From the IMG/VR virus record IMGVR_UViG_3300048848_000268, positions 1 through 25,988 of that record: a stretch of DNA of 25,988 bases; one strand, written 5' to 3'. This document shows positions 14,367 through 23,540 of this stretch, one piece after another; position 1 is the first letter of the stretch, and every line of letters starts with the position of its first letter. The stretch is from a virus. Taxonomy: Duplodnaviria; Caudoviricetes. Position numbers and translations under genes: made by a program. The notes under the pieces were generated by a model, which was given only the letters and a program-made list of their open reading frames with translations, searched no databases and was not told the origin of the DNA.

Positions 14367-14947
14367 CCATGCTCCGTCCCGTTCTCGTCAGCGGTCCCGC
14401 CGTGCTCCCCGTTACCCTGGAAGAGGCCAAGCTCGCGCTCCGCATTGACGGCTCCGACATCGACAGCGAGGTCGAAAGCGCGATCAAGGCTGCCGTTGCT
14501 CATTACGAGGGTTGGAGTGGGCTTCTTGGTATTTGCCTCGTGGAGCAGGCATGGCGCATCGACTTCGGGCGCTTCGAACGGTGCATGTTTTTGCCACTAC
14601 GACCGGTCCAAAGCATCACGTCGATCAAGTGGCGCCAATCAAATGCACAAATTTCGACTGTTCCGAGCGCAGAGTACGCTTTTCGAACTGAGGCTGGCGG
14701 ATCCTCGGTCATCATCTTCCGCGATAGCTATTCCTTTCCCGCAGACCTGCACGAGCTTGCACCTGTCTCGGTCGAATACGTCATCGGCTGGCCGGTTGTC
14801 GAAGGCAAGGCCACCACACCGGAAGACCTCAAGGCCGCTATCAAGCTTCGCGCCCAACTCTTCCTCGATGAAGCCGCGCTCGCAAATTCCGAGCATCTAG
14901 ATCGCGTCGAGAAGGCGCTGATCTCCAAGCACCAGAGCCTCGGCTGA
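14363..14947 (+). CDS. Head-tail connector (HK97 gp6/SPP1 gp15-like)
   Basis: PVTLEEAK..LRID...D N-terminus and P.DLK.AI C-terminus; synteny. Confidence 0.85.
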   Translation: MTMLRPVLVSGPAVLPVTLEEAKLALRIDGSDIDSEVESAIKAAVAHYEGWSGLLGICLVEQAWRIDFGRFERCMFLPLRPVQSITSIKWRQSNAQISTVPSAEYAFRTEAGGSSVIIFRDSYSFPADLHELAPVSVEYVIGWPVVEGKATTPEDLKAAIKLRAQLFLDEAALANSEHLDRVEKALISKHQSLG

Positions 14948-15297
14948 TGTCCATTGCAGCGCAGCAGCTAGATCGACGCATCGTCCTCCAACGGTTCGCC
15001 GTCGTCGGGAAGAACGAATTCAACGAGGATATTGAGGACTGGGCAGAGCTTGCAACGGTCTGGGCACGCCGCCGTGATGCGTCCGACAGCCAGAAGATCG
15101 AGTTCATGGCCGCTGGCCAGACGGGATCATTCATCGTGTCCCGGTTCACCATTCGCTCCAGCCTGGTCACGCGGTCGGTCACGCCCGTCGACCGGATCAT
15201 CCACGACGGCAAGGTCTGGGACATCAAGGGCGTGAAGGAAGCCGACGAGGGCCGCCATCGCTTTCTTGAGATCACCGCATCAAGGGATGCCGACTGA
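14947..15297 (+). CDS. Head closure / head-tail adaptor (SPP1 gp16-like)
   Basis: LDRRI.LQ, W..LATVWA, FTIR, DRI..DG..WDI motifs. Confidence 0.88.
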   Translation: MSIAAQQLDRRIVLQRFAVVGKNEFNEDIEDWAELATVWARRRDASDSQKIEFMAAGQTGSFIVSRFTIRSSLVTRSVTPVDRIIHDGKVWDIKGVKEADEGRHRFLEITASRDAD

Positions 15298-15743
15298 TGG
15301 CGAAAGTCACTGTCAAAGTCGACGGTCTGAAAGAGCTGGATCGGGCTCTCGGCCAGTTGCCGAAGTCAACCGCGAAGGCTGCTTTGCGCCGTGTCCTTAA
15401 AGAAGGCGGCGAACTGATTGCCAGTGCGGCTCGCAGCAGAGCTCCAGTCGACGAGCATTATCTCTACGAGAGCATCGACGTTTCCACGAAGCTGAGCCGA
15501 CGTCAGCGTTCGCTTCACAAAGAGCAAGGCGGTCAAGCGTTCCAGGAGATGTTTGTCGGCACCAACAACCCTGCGGGTGTGCAGCAGGAGTTCGGGAACG
15601 AACGCCATGGCCCGCAGCCTTTCATGCGACCTGCCTGGGATTCGACCAAGGACGCTGCACTGGAGCGGATCAGCGTTTTGCTTTGGGGAGAGATCGAAAA
15701 ATCTGCGCAGCGCGTGGCTGCCAAAGCGGTGCGAGGAAAGTGA
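15297..15743 (+). CDS. HK97 gp10-like tail completion/neck protein
   Basis: V.GL.EL..AL..L, APVD, EFG....PQPFMRPAWD motifs. Confidence 0.88.
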   Translation: MAKVTVKVDGLKELDRALGQLPKSTAKAALRRVLKEGGELIASAARSRAPVDEHYLYESIDVSTKLSRRQRSLHKEQGGQAFQEMFVGTNNPAGVQQEFGNERHGPQPFMRPAWDSTKDAALERISVLLWGEIEKSAQRVAAKAVRGK

Positions 15744-16108
15744 TGGAGCAGTCTCTGACTGATCTGCTCGCTCCAGTCGCTGGCGGTCAACGCTATTGGG
15801 TTCGCGCGCCGCAGAAGGCGTCGAGGCCTTATGTCGTGCTGAACCGGGTTGGTGGTGAGCCAAACTACCACATGCAGGGACCTTCCGGCTTCGTATCGAG
15901 CCGTGTCCAAATCGACTGCTACGCCGACCGATATTCTGATGTGACCGCTGTCGCCAGAGCAGTGAAAGCGCTGGTCTCCGGATACGGAGGCGGGATCATC
16001 CAGGGGATTTTCGTCGAGAGCGAAAGAAACCTTCCTGCCTCGGATGCGGGTGAGGTCAGCAGCCTGTTCCGCACCTCAATCGACATCACTGTTCTACACG
16101 GAGAATAA
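15743..16108 (+). CDS. Tail terminator (DUF3168-like; 121 aa)
   Basis: ATG 15743 via TGATG overlap. APQ....PYVV and RVQIDCYA motifs; precedes the tail tube gene. Confidence 0.82.
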   Translation: MEQSLTDLLAPVAGGQRYWVRAPQKASRPYVVLNRVGGEPNYHMQGPSGFVSSRVQIDCYADRYSDVTAVARAVKALVSGYGGGIIQGIFVESERNLPASDAGEVSSLFRTSIDITVLHGE

Positions 16109-16112
16109 GACA

Positions 16113-16541
16113 ATGACGGAAGCTCGCATCGGCTACGGCACCCAGTATGAAGTCTGGGATACCACCCTTCCCATTCCCGCTTTCGTTCCGATCGCGGAAG
16201 TGACGAGTGTCACTCCAGGTGCCGCGTCGGCAGATCGCATCGACGCCACTCATATGCTGAGCCCGGGCCGCCGGCGGGAGTACATTGCCGGCCTGATCGA
16301 TAACGGCGAGGCCTCGTTCGAAATCAACTGGGTTCCCGGAAGCGACACCGACGAACTGCTTCGCTCCCTGATGGCTTCTGGCGAGACCGTCCAGCACCGG
16401 ATCACCTTTCCGAACGGCGTGACGGTGGCGTTCGACGCGGCGATCACCGGCTATGAGAAAGAAATTCCTGTCGACGATCGCATGACAGCGACGGTCACGG
16501 TCGCTGTCTCGGGTGAAGAAACCTGGGGAGTTGCCGCGTAA
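16113..16541 (+). CDS. Major tail tube protein (142 aa)
   Basis: GGAG SD. IDATH..SP..RREYIAGL.D.GE.SFE.NW.PG motif of lambda gpV/TP901-like tail tube proteins. Confidence 0.9.
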   Translation: MTEARIGYGTQYEVWDTTLPIPAFVPIAEVTSVTPGAASADRIDATHMLSPGRRREYIAGLIDNGEASFEINWVPGSDTDELLRSLMASGETVQHRITFPNGVTVAFDAAITGYEKEIPVDDRMTATVTVAVSGEETWGVAA

Positions 16542-16891
16542 TGGCGAACAAGGAACGAGGCGAGGTCAGCTTCGAAGCAGCCGGCAAGACCTGGACCATG
16601 AAAATCGGCACGGGCGCCATGTGCGAGATCGAAGCGGAAACCGGCAAGAGCATCGCGGAAGTCGGACAGGCTCTCGGCAGCGAGAAGACCGCCAGCCTGA
16701 CCCTGATGCGGGCGGTCTTCTGGGGCGCCCTTCAGCATCGCCATGAAGGAACTACCGTTCGGGAATGCAACGACCTCATTGATGAGATCGGCGTACAGCG
16801 CGTCGGCGAGTTGATCGGCGAGGCGTTCCAGCTCGCTTTCCCGAAGAAGGAAGGCGGCTCGCGCCCTCGGAAGGCGACGGCCGCCGCATAG
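16541..16891 (+). CDS. Tail assembly chaperone (gpG-like / GTA gp10-like)
   Basis: MAN..RGEV N-terminus; between tail tube and tape measure. Confidence 0.82.
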   Translation: MANKERGEVSFEAAGKTWTMKIGTGAMCEIEAETGKSIAEVGQALGSEKTASLTLMRAVFWGALQHRHEGTTVRECNDLIDEIGVQRVGELIGEAFQLAFPKKEGGSRPRKATAAA

Positions 16892-17190
16892 GCTGGCCGT
16901 CGCTTATCAGCGCATGGGTAGAAGCAGGACAAGCCTACGAGCTGTTTTGGCGGCTCACGCTTCGCGAAATCGGCGTCATCCTAAAGGGCGTCACCGATCA
17001 GCGCATCCGGGAGCGGGACGAGAGAATGTCTCTCGCCTGGAACATCGAGGCGCTCGCCCGCACGAAGAAGATGCCGAAGCTGGAAAGCATGCTGAGCAGC
17101 AAGAAGGCGCCCCGGACCAAGACCATGACAGCCGAACAGATTGAGGCTGTGACCCGCAGCTGGCTGTCCTCGCGACAGAGGAAGAAGTAG
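16837..17190 (+). CDS. Tail assembly chaperone extension (gpT-like), probably expressed by -1 frameshift
   Basis: The -1 frame is open from at least 16837 to TAG 17190 (..GWPSLISAWVEAGQAYELFWRLTLREI..). It has the FW.LT..E motif of gpT-like chaperones and no start codon ahead of that motif. Heptamer T TTC CCG at 16837-16843. Confidence 0.7.
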   Translation, partial: FPEEGRRLAPSEGDGRRIGWPSLISAWVEAGQAYELFWRLTLREIGVILKGVTDQRIRERDERMSLAWNIEALARTKKMPKLESMLSSKKAPRTKTMTAEQIEAVTRSWLSSRQRKK

Positions 17191-19431
17191 ATGGCATCAG
17201 CGGTTATCGGCGCCCTTCGCGTGAACCTCGGCATTGACAGCGCCGAATTCCAAAACGGACTTAAGAAGGCGCAGGCCAGCCTTAGTGGCATTGGCAAATC
17301 GATGCAGTCGGCAGGCAAGAGCATGTCGGCGTTCAAGACGGCTCCGCTCGCTGCTGTGGGCACGCTCACGATCAAGACGGCCGGCGACTTCGAAGCATCG
17401 ATGAACCGCGTGCAGGCCGCGACCAATGCCTCTTCGCAGCAGTTCGAGCAAATGCAGAAGATGGCGCTGGACCTCGGGGCGAACACCTCGAAGTCTGCAT
17501 CAGAAGCAGCCGACTCGATGGAGATGCTCGCGAAGAACGGCGTTTCCGCGGAAGACATACTGAATGGTGCAGCCGCTGCCTCGATCAAGCTCTCCGAGGC
17601 AACAGGCGGGGACCTGTCGACCGCTGCGGACGTGGCAACGAACGTCATGTCTCAGTTCAAGATCGAGGTGAAAGATCTTGGCGAGGTCGTGGATGGCATT
17701 ACCAACGTTACGCTCGCTTCGCAGTTCGGCTTCCAGGATTACAAGGATGCCCTGGGTCAAGCCGGGGGTGTGGCCGGATCCCTTGGTGTTAGCCTTGAAG
17801 AATTCAACGCAGCAATCGCTGCCACGTCCTCGGTGTTCAATAGCGGCTCTGACGCTGGCACATCGTTCAAGACGTTCTTGACAACGCTCGTACCGAAGAG
17901 CGCTGCTGCTGAGAATGCCATGAAGGAACTCGGGCTCGAATTCTTCAACACGGACGGCTCGATGAAGTCTATGGCGGCTATCGCTGAGGAGCTGAAGACC
18001 AGCCTCGCAGGGCTGAGCGATGAAGCCAAGAATGAAGCGCTGCATGAGATATTCGGCACCGATGCAATGCGAACAGCCATAGCGCTAGCGGATCAAGGTG
18101 CGGCCGGTATCGACAAGATGACGGAGACGGTATCCCGGGCAGGTGCCGCCAATGAACAGTCTGCGGCGCGTATGAAGGGCTTCAACGGTGAAATGGAGAA
18201 GCTTTCCGGCGCGCTGGAAACCTTATCCATCAACATCGCCAACAGCGGGCTATTGGCTTTTGCGACATCCCTGGTCAGCAGTCTGGCCAGCGTGGTCGCG
18301 AGCTTGTCGCAGACGAACCCGGAGTTCCTGAAGTGGGGAACGGTAGTTGCGGCGGCAGCCGCCGCCCTGGGACCGCTAGTCATCGCGCTGGGTCTATTCG
18401 TGACCGCGGCCGCAGCGATCAGCGCACCGGTGCTTGCCACTGTTGCAGCCATCGCGGCAGTAGCGGCTGGCATCACCGTGCTTTACCAGGGCCTGCAGAT
18501 CGCAATGCCCTACCTTCAGCAGTTGGCTGGAGACGTCTGGGTAAGAATCACTGCCGGCGTCGAAAGTGCTAAGCAGGCTTTCGTGTCGTTCAAGGATTCC
18601 GTTGCTCAGCTTGGCAATGACATCATCGCTGCGTTCCAGGCTCTTCCCGCGAAGATGATCGAGATCGGCGGTCAGATCATCGACGGGCTCTGGAACGGTA
18701 TCAAAGCAAAGTGGGAGACCGTTAAATCCGGCGTCTCAGACATTGGGACCTCGATCAGCGATAGCGTGAAAAGCGCTCTCGGGATCCATTCTCCTTCCCG
18801 CGTCATGCACGAGGTCGGGGTCAACGTTATGCAGGGTCTCGGGAACGGGATGACCAGCATGCAAGGCCAGGTCGTCGGTTTGGCGGGTTCTACGGCGAAT
18901 GACATCAAGACGACCTTCAACGGTCTGGAAGGCGTCGGGTCCAATCTGGGAGAGGGAATGGAAAGCGCCTTCTCTGACATTGGCTCCTCGATTGCGGAGG
19001 CCATCAAGGGCACGAAGGACTGGCGTGATGTCGCGCTTGATGCGCTGAAGAGCGTGGCTAGCAGCCTTCTTTCGTCGATCGGCAGCAGCATGGGTGGTGG
19101 GGGTGGAGGCCTTGGCGGCATCTTTACCGGCCTACTTGGCAGCCTGTCCGGCTTCGCGAATGGCGGCTCGTTCCAGGTCGGTGGCGCCGGCGGCGTCGAT
19201 AGTCAGCTCGTCGCCTTCAAGGCAAGCCCGAATGAAACAGTGTCCATCACCAAGCCAGGCCAGCGCGGGGGCGGCGGCAATCTTGTCTTTGCGCCGAAGA
19301 TCGACGCCCGGAACGCTGATCAGGCCGGCATTTCCCGGCTGCAGCGCCAGCTTGACGACATGAAGCAGAACTTCGGCAAGATGGTTGATGCTCGCAACAG
19401 TGTTTCCAGCGCACGAAAGACGAGGGGCTGA
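17191..19431 (+). CDS. Tail tape measure protein (746 aa)
   Basis: IGAL.V.LG.D N-terminus, TP901-type core (FEASMNRVQA...SASEAA..M..LAK.G), Ala/Gly-rich hydrophobic stretches, LGIHSPSRV and FANGG motifs. Confidence 0.95.
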   Translation: MASAVIGALRVNLGIDSAEFQNGLKKAQASLSGIGKSMQSAGKSMSAFKTAPLAAVGTLTIKTAGDFEASMNRVQAATNASSQQFEQMQKMALDLGANTSKSASEAADSMEMLAKNGVSAEDILNGAAAASIKLSEATGGDLSTAADVATNVMSQFKIEVKDLGEVVDGITNVTLASQFGFQDYKDALGQAGGVAGSLGVSLEEFNAAIAATSSVFNSGSDAGTSFKTFLTTLVPKSAAAENAMKELGLEFFNTDGSMKSMAAIAEELKTSLAGLSDEAKNEALHEIFGTDAMRTAIALADQGAAGIDKMTETVSRAGAANEQSAARMKGFNGEMEKLSGALETLSINIANSGLLAFATSLVSSLASVVASLSQTNPEFLKWGTVVAAAAAALGPLVIALGLFVTAAAAISAPVLATVAAIAAVAAGITVLYQGLQIAMPYLQQLAGDVWVRITAGVESAKQAFVSFKDSVAQLGNDIIAAFQALPAKMIEIGGQIIDGLWNGIKAKWETVKSGVSDIGTSISDSVKSALGIHSPSRVMHEVGVNVMQGLGNGMTSMQGQVVGLAGSTANDIKTTFNGLEGVGSNLGEGMESAFSDIGSSIAEAIKGTKDWRDVALDALKSVASSLLSSIGSSMGGGGGGLGGIFTGLLGSLSGFANGGSFQVGGAGGVDSQLVAFKASPNETVSITKPGQRGGGGNLVFAPKIDARNADQAGISRLQRQLDDMKQNFGKMVDARNSVSSARKTRG

Positions 19432-20156
19432 TGGCTCGACTGCTAAACTGGCCGAATGGCTTAGGCATCAGATCCCGGAGCCCCTTGGCTGGGCCACGCT
19501 CGAAAGGCGCAACGGGTCGGCAGGAGAGCACGGGCGGTCGCTTCCAATCCGTGGCTTCAGCGTTCGGCTATTGGAAATATGAGTTCGTCCTGCCTCCGGC
19601 GAAAGGGCGGCTCTATCGACGGATTGAGGGCCTGGTGATGGCTTTGCATGGCGGCGCCAATGCAGTGCGCGTCTCATGGCCTGCGCCGGACGGGTTCACA
19701 TTCACGGAGGCCGGCGCCAACTTTACGCAGCAGCAGGAGCGAAAAGGCATAGCCTGGAGCAACGGCCAACCGTGGTCCAACGGTATGAACTGGGGCATTT
19801 CGCCTCCGCACGTGGCGGTGGCTGCCAGTGCCACCAGAGATGCATCCGTGATCAAGCTTGGGCCCGCATTCTGGGGACACTCCTTGGACTACGGCGACGA
19901 GATCGGTTTCTTCCCGCTTCACTTCGGGAAATACATGATCACGGAAGCTCGTGGGCGTGGCGAGTATCGTATTTGGCCGCCCCTTCGCAAGGCGATCACT
20001 GCTGACGATTTCGCGACCCTCATGCCTGTTCTGGCGATGACGTTGGACAACGAGAGTGGCGCCAACCTGGCACGCGGGGTTGATGTCGGCCAGGAAAGCA
20101 CGCTGATCCTGTCGGAAGTCTTCGACTACGACGTGCGCGACTATTACGCGGATTGA
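19431..20156 (+). CDS. Distal tail / minor tail protein (241 aa)
   Basis: First gene after the tape measure (TGATG coupling); I.PPLR.A motif seen in alphaproteobacterial distal tail proteins. Confidence 0.7.
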   Translation: MARLLNWPNGLGIRSRSPLAGPRSKGATGRQESTGGRFQSVASAFGYWKYEFVLPPAKGRLYRRIEGLVMALHGGANAVRVSWPAPDGFTFTEAGANFTQQQERKGIAWSNGQPWSNGMNWGISPPHVAVAASATRDASVIKLGPAFWGHSLDYGDEIGFFPLHFGKYMITEARGRGEYRIWPPLRKAITADDFATLMPVLAMTLDNESGANLARGVDVGQESTLILSEVFDYDVRDYYAD

Positions 20157-20158
20157 TC

Positions 20159-20374
20159 ATGGCAGAGAGATCTTTAGAGAACATCGTCGCCATGAAGCGG
20201 CGCGACCTGGCGCGACTGCATGCCAATGAGTTGAACGCAGCTCTCTTCCCGGAGCCGGAGCGCCGCGATGACGCCATTGCCGATGATGAAAAGGCTGAAA
20301 TTCAGGTGACGGTTTCGCAGATCCGGGAACGTCACCGCCAAGAGCTGGCGGCGTGGCAAGAGGCGAATAGCTGA
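20159..20374 (+). CDS. Small charged helical hypothetical protein within the tail-tip module (71 aa)
   Basis: ATG 20159 lies 2 nt after the upstream stop, and there is TGATG coupling to the next gene. Confidence 0.65.
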   Translation: MAERSLENIVAMKRRDLARLHANELNAALFPEPERRDDAIADDEKAEIQVTVSQIRERHRQELAAWQEANS

Positions 20375-20952
20375 TGGCTCTGTTTTCGGAAGCGGACCGC
20401 GCCTTTCTGCGCCGGCCGCATATTGCTCGCGCATGGTTCATGGAACTGCATCTGCCCACCGGCATATGGCTTGTCCATAACGGCGTGGGACGAAAGACGG
20501 TCGGCGGCAAAGAGTGGTTTGGCGTGTCAGACCCTGGTGGACGCCAACTGGTTTCGGTCTCGGCTGTCGAGGACCCGCGCTTCGGACAGGCTGCCAAGGT
20601 TGATGTCGTCCTATCGGGCGTGAACGTGGATTTCCTGCGATCGGTCAAGGATACGGCCCGACAGATCGAAGGCTCGCTTGCCGACCTCTACTGGTGCGCC
20701 TTCGACCAGGAGACGCAGGAGGTCTGGGCTGGTGGCCTGAAGAAGCTGTTCCCCGGCTATCTGTCGGCACCAAAGCGCCAGAGCCAGGGCATCGGGCTCC
20801 GCACTGTTTCATTCACAGTGGAGACCATGTGGCAGAGCCAGAACTACCCGTTTGGCGGCAAGTGGACACCGGCCGATCAGGGGCGCCGCTACCCAGGGGA
20901 CAAGGGCTTGAACTTCGTGGGCGTGAAGGTGACGGAGGTCGTCAAGGCATGA
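20374..20952 (+). CDS. Minor tail protein (hub/gpL-position; 192 aa)
   Basis: Synteny; C-terminal DQ..RYPGD.G..FV motif common to tail proteins upstream of NlpC/P60-like genes. Confidence 0.72.
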   Translation: MALFSEADRAFLRRPHIARAWFMELHLPTGIWLVHNGVGRKTVGGKEWFGVSDPGGRQLVSVSAVEDPRFGQAAKVDVVLSGVNVDFLRSVKDTARQIEGSLADLYWCAFDQETQEVWAGGLKKLFPGYLSAPKRQSQGIGLRTVSFTVETMWQSQNYPFGGKWTPADQGRRYPGDKGLNFVGVKVTEVVKA

Positions 20953-21356
20953 TTGATCTACAGGCTGGGCTCAAAGAGCACATCGAGAGCGTCCATGAGA
21001 AAGAAGCTGTCTTCGGCGTCGACGACTGCTCGCCATGGTGCGGCCTATGGGTTGAGAAGGCTACCGGCGTACGGGTGATCGAGCCGGACTGGCACAGCTG
21101 GCCGGAGGCCGAAGCCAAGATCAAGCGCGCCGGCTCGCTCTGCGCTCTGTGGGACGAGGCCTTAGCCGATCATTATGACACGATCTGCCCGGCAGGCAGC
21201 CCAGTCTTCGGAGATGTCGGGATCATTGAAACAAGGATTGCAGGTCAGGTGAGTGGCATCTTCCTCGATCATGGCCGGTTCGTCTGGCGGGTCAAGGTGG
21301 GCGTGTCGATCCTGATCCCTCGCAACATCGTCAAGGTCTGGACCTTCCAGAAATGA
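20949..21356 (+). CDS. NlpC/P60-like tail assembly protein (gpK-position, DUF6950-like; 135 aa)
   Basis: ATG 20949 via ATGA overlap. FGVDDC...W....TG and P..GDVG motifs. Confidence 0.75.
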   Translation: MIDLQAGLKEHIESVHEKEAVFGVDDCSPWCGLWVEKATGVRVIEPDWHSWPEAEAKIKRAGSLCALWDEALADHYDTICPAGSPVFGDVGIIETRIAGQVSGIFLDHGRFVWRVKVGVSILIPRNIVKVWTFQK

Positions 21357-23515
21357 AGCTTCACACATTGCTGCTCACGACGAGCGCCGCCTACTGGGCA
21401 GGCGCCATGCCGGCGCATGCCGGTATCGAGAGCCTGATCATCGGCATCCACGGGTTTCTCCTCGCCAGCACTGCCGTATCTGCCACGGTGGCGGGTACCC
21501 TTGCCACTGTAATCGGGTACGGGATTGCTGGCGCTGCTGTTGTAGGGGCTTCTCTCCTCGGGCAGCAGAGGCAAGGCGGCGCTGTCAAGCCCGCTGATGT
21601 CAAGAGCACCTTCGAGACAGGCGAGAGCTCCATCATTGAGGGGATCGGACGGGTTCGTGTCGGTGGCCTGAAGGCCTTTGGGAACACTGATGGTAGCACG
21701 AGGGCGCGTCTCGTGTGCAGGCTTCAAGGGCCTATTGACGCCGTGGAATCCTACTATCTGGGCCAGCGCGAAGTGACGGTCGAGCCGAATGGTGACGTCA
21801 GTTCACCGCCATGGGCCAGACCCGGTGGGTCATGGGCAAACTGGCGGGACAAATTTGGCACGGGCTCTGAGACCGCATGGTCTGGCCTGATGGCGCTCTT
21901 TCCGGACCTGTGGACATCGGCGCATCGCGTCCGCGGCATCGCGCAGTCGCAGCTGCTCTTCTACAACCCGGGCCTGAAGGAAGAGAAGTATCTGAGCCTC
22001 TATCAGAGCGGCGCGCCTGAGAGCGAATGGATCGCGCGGGCGTCCAAGGTCTATGACCCCCGCACCGGGCTTACTGCCTGGTCAGATAACAGCCCCTTGA
22101 TCTGTGCCCATGTCTTGCGCCGCGACCCCGCCTTTGCCTTCGACCGCTTCAACTGGGCGAAAATTGGAGAGACTGCCGACAAGGCGGACGCTCTTGTCCC
22201 TACCCGGACAGGCACCGAGAAGCGCTCGCGGCTTTGGGGTATGTGGGCATGGGAAAGTGAGCGTGGCGAGACCATGCAGCAGTTCCTTGACTCCGCCGGT
22301 CTTGAGCAAAGGCTGGATGCAAATGGTCTGATCTACTTCGAGTTCATTGACGACGACATCACGCCGGAAATCAGTTTCACGCCTGACGATATCTACGATT
22401 ACACCTGGCAGTCTGGACCTGAAGCTGTTGAGCGCCCCAACATCGCTCGCGTCAAATACTATTCGCCAGAACGCAACTACGAGATGGCTGATCTGACGCT
22501 CGAAGGTGTCGTTCCTTGGGCCAAGGTGCAGGACGAGGTGGATAAGTACGGAGACAAGTTTTTCGACCTGGAGCTTCCTTTCTGCCCTTCAGCCAGCCAA
22601 GCGCAGCGCATCCTGCGGCGCAAGTTCGCGCTGGCTCGCGCGGATCGTGGAACAATGACCACGAACATGGTGGGGCTGGCTGCTTGGGGCCTGCTGTACG
22701 CAGAACTGACGGAGCCAGATCTAGGCGACGTGGAGAAGGTGAGAATGGAGGCGCCGCGGGTTGATGATGAAAACGGATCTATCGAGATCCCGTTTGTCAT
22801 CTGGCCGCAACTCGCACCGTGGGATCCGCAAGTAGATGAAGCTGCGGCACCAGATGTAATCCCAGAGCTTGGCTATGAAAGCGACATGACGACGCCCGAC
22901 GCGCCGACGGCCGCAACGCAGGTCATCTACCCGGATGGCTCCAAAGAACTGCGCATCAGCTTCAGTCTTCCCGCCCAAGACTACGATATCGTGGAAGCCG
23001 CTTTCCGCAGCTACACCGACGGACTGCCCGATGCTTGGCAAAGCATGACCGAGTACGGCGGAGTTATGGCGTGGGAGCCCGGGGATTACGATGGCAAAGG
23101 TTTGGATGCGCGCGTGCGCGTGTTCAATGGTGACAACGGGAGCTACTTCTCGCCCCTCCTGCATACAACGGTCAGCGTCAACAACCCCGCGCCGGGTCAG
23201 CCGGACTTCGTGAGTGGCGGCACCACCCTTGTCGCCACAACCGCCAATCTGGACGTGACGGTCAGGGCGAGCGAGCTTCGGGCCGCCTCCATTACTCTGG
23301 AGCGGCGAATTAATGACGGTGCCTGGTCTCAGCGGGACCGCAAGAAATGCCGGCCGGGCCAGAACGTCAACTTCACCGATAGCGGGACCGGCTCCAGCGG
23401 GCTCTCCAGCGGCACTGTCGATTGGCGCCTGCGATCGCTGTCCAGCAACGGCACGCCCGGCAATGACCTTTTCTATTCCGTAACGACGCCCCCAAGCAGC
23501 GGCGGCGGCAACTAA
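21353..23515 (+). CDS. Tail tip / central fibre protein (gpJ-like; 720 aa)
   Basis: G..RVGG, H..RGIA, VYDPR....AWSDN and SQAQR motifs of alphaproteobacterial tail-tip proteins; beta-rich Fn3/Ig-like C-terminus. Confidence 0.8.
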   Translation: MKLHTLLLTTSAAYWAGAMPAHAGIESLIIGIHGFLLASTAVSATVAGTLATVIGYGIAGAAVVGASLLGQQRQGGAVKPADVKSTFETGESSIIEGIGRVRVGGLKAFGNTDGSTRARLVCRLQGPIDAVESYYLGQREVTVEPNGDVSSPPWARPGGSWANWRDKFGTGSETAWSGLMALFPDLWTSAHRVRGIAQSQLLFYNPGLKEEKYLSLYQSGAPESEWIARASKVYDPRTGLTAWSDNSPLICAHVLRRDPAFAFDRFNWAKIGETADKADALVPTRTGTEKRSRLWGMWAWESERGETMQQFLDSAGLEQRLDANGLIYFEFIDDDITPEISFTPDDIYDYTWQSGPEAVERPNIARVKYYSPERNYEMADLTLEGVVPWAKVQDEVDKYGDKFFDLELPFCPSASQAQRILRRKFALARADRGTMTTNMVGLAAWGLLYAELTEPDLGDVEKVRMEAPRVDDENGSIEIPFVIWPQLAPWDPQVDEAAAPDVIPELGYESDMTTPDAPTAATQVIYPDGSKELRISFSLPAQDYDIVEAAFRSYTDGLPDAWQSMTEYGGVMAWEPGDYDGKGLDARVRVFNGDNGSYFSPLLHTTVSVNNPAPGQPDFVSGGTTLVATTANLDVTVRASELRAASITLERRINDGAWSQRDRKKCRPGQNVNFTDSGTGSSGLSSGTVDWRLRSLSSNGTPGNDLFYSVTTPPSSGGGN

Positions 23516-23540
23516 CTCTTCCCAAATCGAGGCACGTCTT

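Noticed and set aside
12896-17190. Gene transfer agent cluster (GTA-like chaperone and head-tail genes)
   Set aside because: Linked immunity, replication, HNH and probable cos modules indicate a true prophage rather than an RcGTA-type element.
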